From positions 1 through 64,000 of the forward strand of contig JAGWLG010000005.1 of NCBI GenBank assembly GCA_028864975.1: 64,000 nucleotides of DNA, given 5' to 3'. Shown piece after piece: positions 47,130 to 54,901 of the stretch. This stretch comes from Thermoplasmata archaeon. Lineage in GTDB: Archaea; Thermoplasmatota; Thermoplasmata; Lutacidiplasmatales; UBA184. The number at the start of each line of letters is the position of its first letter. The first letter of the stretch is position 1. Position numbers and translations under genes: made by a program. The notes beneath the pieces are model-generated. The model had not been told where the DNA came from. It ran no database searches and saw only the letters and a program-made list of their open reading frames with translations.

Positions 47130-47164
47130 CAAATATCGAACTCAAAGATACGCTGAGGATACGC
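47130..47164 (-). promoter_or_regulatory. Promoter: GCGTATC-N4-GCGTATC-N11-TATTTG
   Basis: Plus strand caaatatcgaactcaaaGATACGCtgagGATACGC; a third, inverted copy GCGTATC at 47184-47190. Confidence 0.7.
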
Positions 47165-47282
47165 CACGAACAGGACGCCCGTAGCGTATCCGGGTCGTAG
47201 CTCGCTACGGATCCTTGGCGACCTCCCCACTCATCATCGGCGCGGGAGGAGATGTTTTAGGCGCCACCTATTCGCGCCCCCC

Positions 47283-47522
47283 ATGACCCTCACTCGGCGT
47301 TCGGCCATGGCTCCGAAAGGGGCCTACTGCTTCGGATGCAACCAGGCCATCGACGGCGGGGCACCTTCGGTCCGCTTCGAGAGCGACCTTGTCCCCGCCC
47401 CGGACCGCCCCGAGCTGGCAAACCTCTACTTCCACCCTGGCCATCTCCTTCGCTATGCTCGTCGCCGGAACTGGACCGAGCTTGCCTCTTTCCTTGAAGC
47501 TAATACTCCGTCGAGCTGGTGA
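47283..47522 (+). CDS. Small putative zinc-binding protein (CxxC...HxxH)
   Basis: YCFGCNQAI...LYFHPGHL; the start may be ATG 47307. Confidence 0.65.
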   Translation: MTLTRRSAMAPKGAYCFGCNQAIDGGAPSVRFESDLVPAPDRPELANLYFHPGHLLRYARRRNWTELASFLEANTPSSW

Positions 47523-47764
47523 TCCTGTTCCGGGCTCTCGGGCACCGAGGGTCCGTGGTCTGCGATGACGAGGAGGGCCCCGGGACCCTGAGTCGTTGTG
47601 TCGTCCTCCACGGGGACGGGAGAGGTGGAGCACCCGAACCCCACTCGAAGAGATGCTGCTCCTCGGTCGGGCCCTTCTTCGGGGAGCATCTCCTCCCGTG
47701 AACACCTAATGCCCCTCAAGATTCTCCTACGAACGTGGGGCATTCCCCGTCAAGTTCCCGAGCG

Positions 47765-50700
47765 ATGAAGACCGGGACCCCGAGCTCGGACATCCCAGGA
47801 CTCTCGAGGTCTGCCCAGCTCGTGGGCCGGCGAGAGGTCATGGCCGAGCTCCGACGGATCCTTCTGGCCGCGAAGGAGGGGACCGGCTCCACGGTCGCGC
47901 TCACAGGCCCCGGTGGGATCGGGAAGACGAGCCTCCTCCGGTGGCTGGACGAGGAAGCGCGGGGCGAGGGCTTTGCAGTGCGGATGGGTTTCTGCTTGCA
48001 GGGGATCGACGCGCCTTTCTTTGCCTTCGAGCAGGTCTGGGGAGCATCGTCAGCCATACGTGACCCACCGGAGAGCCCGGCCGGGTCTAGTGCCGCGGCC
48101 GCGGCGGACGACGACGGGGCCCGGCTCGCGGCCGGGCCTGCGCAGCACGCCTCCATGGAACTCCGGCCGCAAGAGACGGGAGCCCTCCCGGGACGTCCTC
48201 TCCCTTTCCTCGGGCAGGCCGATGACGAGATCCCCCCGTCGGTCACGCTCCTACGATACCGGGAAGAGCTCGCGCAGGCCTCGAGCCAACGCCCGTTCCT
48301 CCTCCTGCTTGACGACCTGCAGTGGGCGGATCCCCAGTCCCTTCAGGCGCTGCAGTTCCTCGCTCGAAACCTGAGCGAGCTCCGCGCGTTCGTGGTCGTC
48401 GCCTTACGCGACGACCCGCACTCCCTCCAGGGGACCGACCCGGCCGAGGGACCGACGGTCGGGGAGACCATCGACCAACTGGTACGGGAGCGGACCCTTC
48501 GCCGCTTCTCCCTCTCCCCCTTCACTCGCGGAGAGGTCCGCCGTCTGGTCGCCAACGCGCTCGGGGGGGGCGTAGTCTCCGGAGAAAGCGAAGCGATGCT
48601 CCAGATCCTGACCGAACGAAGCGGAGGGATCCCCTACTACGTCGAGGAGCTCCTCCAGCAGCTGCGTTCGGAGGGCTACGTCGAGCGCGTCCGTGGAGGT
48701 TGGAAGCTCCGGCCCCCGGAGTCCTGGAAGGGTGCGCGTCGCTCGGGGGAAGGGCCCCGAGCGCCCATCCCCCTCTCGCTCCAGCGCCTGCTCAGGGCCA
48801 AGGTCTCGCCGCTCTCCCCGTCGGAGCGACGCGTTCTCGAGGTCGGGGCGGTGGTGGGGCTCCGCTTCGACCTTGAAGCCGTTGCCGCCGTCACGGGGCT
48901 CGGGGGTGCCGAGACCGAGTCGGTCTCCCGAAAGCTCTCGGAGGGGAGCCCGCTCCTGGTCCCCCCGGGAGGGGGTGGGGCTTCCTGGTCGTTCGTCCAC
49001 CCTCTGCTGTGGGAATACCTCCTCCACGAGCTGGCCCCGGGGTCCTTGCGGCGCATCTCTCAGGACCTCGCGACGTGGTGGGAGGTCCATCGCCCTCAGG
49101 AGATCGGGCGGATCGCGGGGTTCTACCATGCCGCTGGCGATGCGCGACGGGGACCGCCATCGATCCGTCGGGCGCTCGAGCATGCCCGACGGTCCCTCGC
49201 CTTGGACCAGGTCGAGACCTACCTGGGGTGGCTGCGGGAGCTGCTCCTGGAGCAGGGAACTTCGACGGCCCTCGTCGTCGAGGAGCAGTTGTTCATCGTC
49301 GACGCCCTGCGCTCGCTGGGAGGCTTCGAACATGGTCGTCGGGTCCTCGAGGGCCTCACCGACCTTCCGATCCCTCCCCCCCTGCGAGGCGAGGTCCTGG
49401 TCCGTCTGGCGGATCTGGTCAAGAACTACGATCCAGAGCGGAGCCAGCGACTCCTGACCGACCTCGAGCAGGGGACTTCGGTCGCCGGGCTGGTGCCCTA
49501 CGGGACCCTGCTGGGACGGATCCGCGTCGCCCAGGCCTATCTCCGAAACGAACAGATGGACTACTCCAAGAGCCTGGAGCTCGGCAGCGAGGCGCTCTCC
49601 CTCCTCGGGCCGAAGGGCGACCCGTACGAACGATCTCGTGTGCTCTCGTACCGCGCGTCCGCCCTGGCCAATCTCGGCCGGTTCGAGGAGGCGGCCGCCG
49701 CCTCAGGGGGGGCCCAGGAGATCGCCGAGAACGCGGGGTTGATGGGGATCCTCGAGCAGGCCAAGGTGGGCGCCGCCTATGCTCAGCTCGCCCGGGGCCA
49801 CGTTCGAGAGGCCCACGAGGACTTCCTTGCCGCCACCTCGCTCGCCCGACGGTCCGGCCACATCCCCCTCGTAGTGCACGGGCTGCTCTGCGACTGTCTT
49901 TCCCTCCTCGAGTTGGGTCGGTCCGACGAAGCGCGAAGCTTCGCGGAAGAGGCGAAGCTCCTCGCACGGCAGTTCGGCATGCAACGGTACGTGGCCGAGG
50001 CGGAGGGCACTTTGGCCGCTATCGCCCTTCGTCGTGGTGACACCATCAACGCGGTCCGGCACGGGAAGATCGCGCTGGGCTTGTCCAGTGGCATGGGGGA
50101 GGGCCAGCGGGTCAGCTTCCGTCTGACCCTGATCCGCGCTTACGCCGCCAGGGGGGAGGGGGCGGCGGCGCTGCGGGAGCTCTCCGAGGTCCTTCCCCCC
50201 GGGACGGACCCGAAAAGCGCCAGCTATCCGGACATCGCGCTCACGGGCGCTGAGGCCCTTGAGGCCAACGGACGGTCGGAGGAGGCCCGGGCGTTCCTGG
50301 AGGCCTCCCTCTCAAGGTCGCGCGAGATGCGGCTGCCCCTCATCGAAGCGGACTCGCTCCTCGCGCTCGCGGTCTGGGAGGAGCGCCACGGGGGGGCGGC
50401 GGCCTCGAGTCGACGCCGAAAGGAGGCTGAAGCTATGCTGGCACCGCTCTCGCTCTCCCTCCATGGGCGCCCACCGCCCCTCCTCTCCACCCTGCATGCC
50501 TCCCGCCGCCCTCGCCCCTCCCGGAGCGAGCGAAGGACCCCCGGCCTCTCCACGGGAGACCTCGTCCTCCTGCATCTCCAGCGCAACCTCCGCCACAGCG
50601 CCCTCCTGAGCGACGGAGGGGCCGCACCGGTGGCCCTCACGCAGGAAGGGATCGGAGAGGAACTCGGGCTGTCTCAGGGACGTTTGGCCGCCCCGCTCCA

Positions 50701-50830
50701 ACGGCTCGTGCAACGAGGGCTCGTGAAGTGCGCGGTGTGCCACGTGCAAGGGTTCGAAAGGCGCCGAAAGGCCTACGCGCTCACTCGCAAAGGACTTCTT
50801 GTGGCGAAGGGGCTCCAACCCCGCCGTTGA
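47765..50830 (+). CDS. STAND-type NTPase (AAA_16-like) + TPR repeats + C-terminal winged HTH
   Basis: Walker A GPGGIGKT, Walker B LLLLDDLQWAD, SGGIPYYVEEL, helical repeats, LTQEGIGEELGLSQ...RRRKAYALTRKG. Confidence 0.9.
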   Translation: MKTGTPSSDIPGLSRSAQLVGRREVMAELRRILLAAKEGTGSTVALTGPGGIGKTSLLRWLDEEARGEGFAVRMGFCLQGIDAPFFAFEQVWGASSAIRDPPESPAGSSAAAAADDDGARLAAGPAQHASMELRPQETGALPGRPLPFLGQADDEIPPSVTLLRYREELAQASSQRPFLLLLDDLQWADPQSLQALQFLARNLSELRAFVVVALRDDPHSLQGTDPAEGPTVGETIDQLVRERTLRRFSLSPFTRGEVRRLVANALGGGVVSGESEAMLQILTERSGGIPYYVEELLQQLRSEGYVERVRGGWKLRPPESWKGARRSGEGPRAPIPLSLQRLLRAKVSPLSPSERRVLEVGAVVGLRFDLEAVAAVTGLGGAETESVSRKLSEGSPLLVPPGGGGASWSFVHPLLWEYLLHELAPGSLRRISQDLATWWEVHRPQEIGRIAGFYHAAGDARRGPPSIRRALEHARRSLALDQVETYLGWLRELLLEQGTSTALVVEEQLFIVDALRSLGGFEHGRRVLEGLTDLPIPPPLRGEVLVRLADLVKNYDPERSQRLLTDLEQGTSVAGLVPYGTLLGRIRVAQAYLRNEQMDYSKSLELGSEALSLLGPKGDPYERSRVLSYRASALANLGRFEEAAAASGGAQEIAENAGLMGILEQAKVGAAYAQLARGHVREAHEDFLAATSLARRSGHIPLVVHGLLCDCLSLLELGRSDEARSFAEEAKLLARQFGMQRYVAEAEGTLAAIALRRGDTINAVRHGKIALGLSSGMGEGQRVSFRLTLIRAYAARGEGAAALRELSEVLPPGTDPKSASYPDIALTGAEALEANGRSEEARAFLEASLSRSREMRLPLIEADSLLALAVWEERHGGAAASSRRRKEAEAMLAPLSLSLHGRPPPLLSTLHASRRPRPSRSERRTPGLSTGDLVLLHLQRNLRHSALLSDGGAAPVALTQEGIGEELGLSQGRLAAPLQRLVQRGLVKCAVCHVQGFERRRKAYALTRKGLLVAKGLQPRR

Positions 50831-50948
50831 GCGGTCCCCATTCCCCAAAACGGGGCCTGGGGCCGGACCTCCCCGGTCCGTGTCGGCTCGCCGATTCCGC
50901 GTATGTATACAGTCAGGAATAATCCCCCGCCAAGGCGCCTTGAGGAGC

Positions 50949-53900
50949 ATGCGCTTCTCGACGGAACTCCGGTCGAACTCCCTGCCCGCGATCTCGCTCT
51001 TGCTCTTGATCATCGGGCTCCTTCTGGTCAGCGGGGCGCTGGTCGGCGGAACTTCCTCCCTCTTCAGCTCCCGGGAAAGCGCGGCGGTCCTCCCCACCGC
51101 GCTCCATCCCTCGACCGCGGCGGGGGCCTCGTCCCTCGCCGCGACCCCTTCCTACAGCAACGGCGCGACCTACCACTTCGACGGGAGCAACGGGAACGAT
51201 GGGCGGTCGGTCTGGGGGGTCAGCCCCTCGAGCTGCCAGTCCGTGGCGGGGTCGCGCCTGTGCATCCCCACCTCGGAAGGCTTCCTGGCCTACGATAACG
51301 GGGCTAAGGACCCCAACGGAGTCTCCGTCAACGCCCCGTGGTACATGGGCTCCTGCCGATGGAGCTGGGGAGGGAACGACTACGGGAGCGCCCCACCCTG
51401 TCTGGACATCTCGGGCACTTCCGGGCTGCCTCACGTCTGCATCCTCGCCAGCAATGGTCGCTCGGTCTCGGCCTACATCGATGACTCCGGCCCGGCCCCC
51501 TTCACGGGTCGCTACGGGGCCGGCGCGGCGACGATGAGCCATCTCGGGCTCTGGAACAATGCGGACCCCGACCCCGGTTACATCTATGCCGGGAGCTCCA
51601 AGGCCTTGGACGTCCACGATGGGAACGGCGCTTTCTGGGTCGATTTTCTAGGCTTCACAACGGCCGGTACGGGCCACTCCTGCACTGGGGGCGGCGGTAG
51701 CGGGGGAGGGAGTGGAGGAGGGAGCGGCGGGGGTGGAGGAAGCGGGGGACACTGCAACCTCTACGGCCCCCGGGTGTGCCATCCGCTAGATTCCAACCCG
51801 ACCCCAGGCGCGTGGTACCACATCCGGAGCGGCGACACGCTCTCGGGGATCGCATCCCGAGCGTACGGCCGTGCCAGCCTCTACACCATGATCGCGCACG
51901 TCGACCACATCGCCAATCCCGGTCTCATCTCGTCGGGATACTACCTCTGCATCCCTCATTCCAACGGCGGGGTCTGCCGGGCCGCGGGGAGCGGGGGTGG
52001 AGGTGGAGGCTCCGTCGCGTGCAACCTCTACGGCCCGCACAAGTGCACGCCCCTCTCCACCGCACCTTACCCGGGTGACTGGTACCGGGTCCACCGCGGA
52101 GACACACTCGGTTCGATCTCGCAGCATGCGTACGGGAACTCGAACAAGGCGTCGTTCATCGCCAACAAGGACCGGATCACCCACCCGAAAGTCCTGACCT
52201 CGGGCTGGTACCTCTGCATCCCCAAGACCAGTGGTGCCCTGTGCAAGGGTGGGCCGTCGGGCGGGGGCGGCGGGGGCGGGCACGGCGGTGGCGCGCACCC
52301 CACGTTCATGCCGTGGGTCTGCCAGTTCTGTTCCTGGTCGGGTTCGCGGCCCGCCTTCGCGAAGGAGTACGCGACCCTCGCCGGGGACATCCCGTCCATT
52401 TCCCAGGAGGGCTACTACCTCACGAGCTCTGGGGGGTTCGGCTCTCGCGGATACGCGGGGACGCTCAACGACCTGACGCCTTGGGCGAAGCAGCATCGCT
52501 CGGCGATGTTCCCGATGATCACCTCGTGCAACATATACGACCTGAACGCGTTCCTGACCTCCCCGTCGCTCTGGACCCCCTTCATCCACCTGGCGGTCGG
52601 CACGGCGAGCGCCAACGGCTACGCCGGCTACAACGTCGATTTCGAACCCGACCCCGGCTGCAACGGGGGGTCCGTCAACGGCAGGGATGCGGCCGCCTAT
52701 TCACAGTTCATGAGCTCGTTCGCGAGCGCCCTCCACGCCAAGGGGCTCAAGCTCCAGGGCGACTTCGCCCTCTGGAGCCCCAACTTCTGGTCCCTATCGA
52801 ACATGGGCCGCACCGGCGTGGACGACTGGGTCCTGATGGATTACACGTGCTCCGTGAGCTCGTTCCGAACGGCCGCGTCGACCGCCTTGCACTCGATCCA
52901 CGTCTCCCACTTGGGGCTGGGGCTGGACCCCGAGTACTGCGCCGGGTCTCCGCACGAGCTCTCCGACCTTCAGCAGGAGGTTCGTGCGGCCCAGCAGGAC
53001 AAGGTCAACTTCCTCGCCTACTGGGCGCTGGATGACGGCCCTGCCGCCATGCCCAGCGGGCTCTGGCCGACGATCCACGCCTTCCTCCTCGGCGGAAGCT
53101 CTGGGGGAGGGGGCGGTGGTGGCACGGGCGGCGGCCAGTGCGGAGGAAAGACGTACTGCCGCAGCGCGGTCGTAGCCTACGCCGACAAGTACTGGGACCG
53201 CGCGGTTTCGGACGGCTACTTCTTCTGGGACAGCTTGTGCCCGACGGGTCCCGGCTACCCGGCCCACCTAGGGAACGCGCACTACCTCTCCGGGTGCTTG
53301 CAGTACCACGGGGTCGACTGCGCCCACTTCGTCTCCAGCGCGATCGCGGCAGGTGGCATCTCCTTCTCGCGTGACTCGCACCGCTATGGAGGCTCGATCA
53401 CCGGTGACGTCAACGCCCAGGACCTGGTGAACTACCTCGTCTTCTCCGGCCTGGCCTACGTGGTCTCAAGCCCCTCCCATCTCCAGGTCGGCGATGTCGT
53501 CGGCTACTACGAGGGTTCGGGGGGCGGCTGGGGCATCGGTGGGACCGTGAACCACGTCGCGGTCGTGGACGCCACCGGTAGTGGCGGCCCGTGGGTGGAC
53601 GCCCACACGGGCTCCCAGCACCATGTCTACTGGAGCATGGGCGGCGGGATGGGTCCGTGGGTCCTGGTCCACATCAAGAGCCAGCGACCGTTCGTGAGCA
53701 GCGCGAGCTCGACCCCCACTTCGTCGGCCGCAGGGTCGGTCGCGACGAAGTCGGGTTCCGCACCGACCCATCTTTGGGCGATGGTCGAGGGCGGGGTCCT
53801 GACGACGCCGGTCAGCGTCCGTCTATCCTCCCCTTCCGAGGTCGTGAAGGTCGAGCAAGGGCCAAAGGGAGCTCCCACCGCTGTTCCTCTCCTGTGGGCG

Positions 53901-54080
53901 GAGCTCGCCGTGCTGGTCGGGTCTCCTTTCGGAGCGTTCCTGCTCAGCGTCGAGGTCGCAGCTCTCGCAGCCCTCGGGATGCTCGTGGTCATCTCTGGGA
54001 GAAAGAGTGGGACCACTTTGTCCTGTGCGCCTCGCGAGCTCGAGCCCAGGTCCGGGCGAAGTGCTCCCGGCGGGATTTGA
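50949..54080 (+). CDS. Membrane-anchored multi-domain putative peptidoglycan hydrolase: RlpA-like DPBB + 2xLysM + GH18 + Amidase_6
   Basis: Signal peptide; NGRSVSAYIDDSGP; YHIRSGDTLSGIA and YRVHRGDTLGSIS; GYNVDFE, LMDY; YCRSAVVAYADKYW, DCAHFVS, NHVAVV, DAHT; C-terminal TM. Confidence 0.88.
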   Translation: MRFSTELRSNSLPAISLLLLIIGLLLVSGALVGGTSSLFSSRESAAVLPTALHPSTAAGASSLAATPSYSNGATYHFDGSNGNDGRSVWGVSPSSCQSVAGSRLCIPTSEGFLAYDNGAKDPNGVSVNAPWYMGSCRWSWGGNDYGSAPPCLDISGTSGLPHVCILASNGRSVSAYIDDSGPAPFTGRYGAGAATMSHLGLWNNADPDPGYIYAGSSKALDVHDGNGAFWVDFLGFTTAGTGHSCTGGGGSGGGSGGGSGGGGGSGGHCNLYGPRVCHPLDSNPTPGAWYHIRSGDTLSGIASRAYGRASLYTMIAHVDHIANPGLISSGYYLCIPHSNGGVCRAAGSGGGGGGSVACNLYGPHKCTPLSTAPYPGDWYRVHRGDTLGSISQHAYGNSNKASFIANKDRITHPKVLTSGWYLCIPKTSGALCKGGPSGGGGGGGHGGGAHPTFMPWVCQFCSWSGSRPAFAKEYATLAGDIPSISQEGYYLTSSGGFGSRGYAGTLNDLTPWAKQHRSAMFPMITSCNIYDLNAFLTSPSLWTPFIHLAVGTASANGYAGYNVDFEPDPGCNGGSVNGRDAAAYSQFMSSFASALHAKGLKLQGDFALWSPNFWSLSNMGRTGVDDWVLMDYTCSVSSFRTAASTALHSIHVSHLGLGLDPEYCAGSPHELSDLQQEVRAAQQDKVNFLAYWALDDGPAAMPSGLWPTIHAFLLGGSSGGGGGGGTGGGQCGGKTYCRSAVVAYADKYWDRAVSDGYFFWDSLCPTGPGYPAHLGNAHYLSGCLQYHGVDCAHFVSSAIAAGGISFSRDSHRYGGSITGDVNAQDLVNYLVFSGLAYVVSSPSHLQVGDVVGYYEGSGGGWGIGGTVNHVAVVDATGSGGPWVDAHTGSQHHVYWSMGGGMGPWVLVHIKSQRPFVSSASSTPTSSAAGSVATKSGSAPTHLWAMVEGGVLTTPVSVRLSSPSEVVKVEQGPKGAPTAVPLLWAELAVLVGSPFGAFLLSVEVAALAALGMLVVISGRKSGTTLSCAPRELEPRSGRSAPGGI

Positions 54081-54164
54081 ACCCACGTTGGAGGGTTTCC
54101 TCGGCGGAGTACGTCGCTTCGCCTCGAAGGCCCTCTATCCTTGACCGGACTAGACTACGGGAGC
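54062..54164 (-). tRNA. tRNA-Glu(TTC) with a 28-nt intron at 37/38 (54097-54124)
   Basis: Acceptor GCTCCCG/CGGGAGC, anticodon stem GAGGG/CCCTC, T-loop TTCAAAT, bulge-helix-bulge CCTT/GAGG with CG^A and AA^A bulges; no encoded CCA; position 33 is C. Confidence 0.85.
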
Positions 54165-54256
54165 TTCGGGAGCGCGAACGGCGTCTCGGCCTTAAGGGCG
54201 ACGCAGCCTCGGCCCTCGACCGAAGGCCTTAGAGCGGGCTTACGCTCGGCTGGTCG

Positions 54257-54901
54257 ATGACCTCCAAGAAAAGGCCCAACGTGCCCCACAAGGATGCCCC
54301 CGCCGCAGATCCCCTGGCGGGATCGATGAACGCCGGGCTCGGGGACCTGGTGGGGGGCTTGGTCGGGGGGATCCTCGAGCAGGTGAAGCAGCTGGCAGGA
54401 TGGGTCGGCCATCCTCTGGCCCAGCCGCTCGACACGGCCGAGGCCCAACTCACGAAGGGGGCCACCGGCGGCTCGGTCTCTTCCGCCGAGATGGCGAAAG
54501 GCCTCGAGGTCCAGACCCGGGGATTGACGGGGGCCACGGTCCATGTGGTCGGGAGCGACACCTCCTCGGGGGTCAACGTGGGTCAGGGTGCGGACTGTGT
54601 CTGGGTCGTTCTCGTGGGGGATGAGGAAAGGTTGGACCACGCGTTCCAAGCTCTTAGGACCGAGATCTCTGAAGAGAACACGAAGTACCCGGCTTGCCAT
54701 GATGTGGTCTTCTGGACCCGCAAGTGGGACGCCACCGAGTGGTCGAAGGCCTTCGGGGCCGGCCTGGGCCCGCTCGCCGCCAAGCCGCTCTGGGCCAAGC
54801 TCTGGGATGCGAACGGCACCCTCGTGGGTCCGGTGGCGAGAGCACCCCCGGCGCTCGTGCCGATGGGAGACCTGAAGCTCGATCTCAGTGGCGGGGCCTA
54901 A
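54257..54901 (+). CDS. Hypothetical protein
   Basis: 214-aa ATG ORF divergent from the tRNA, with a 4-bp convergent overlap with hxlA. Confidence 0.7.
   Translation: MTSKKRPNVPHKDAPAADPLAGSMNAGLGDLVGGLVGGILEQVKQLAGWVGHPLAQPLDTAEAQLTKGATGGSVSSAEMAKGLEVQTRGLTGATVHVVGSDTSSGVNVGQGADCVWVVLVGDEERLDHAFQALRTEISEENTKYPACHDVVFWTRKWDATEWSKAFGAGLGPLAAKPLWAKLWDANGTLVGPVARAPPALVPMGDLKLDLSGGA

Noticed and set aside
47519-47701. 60-aa Cys-containing ORF coupled by GTGA to the small Zn protein
   Set aside because: No recognisable motif or protein-like pattern; cannot be supported.
38355-54164. Provirus or integrative element ending at the tRNA
   Set aside because: No integrase, capsid, terminase, replication gene or att duplicate found, and no obvious compositional shift by eye.
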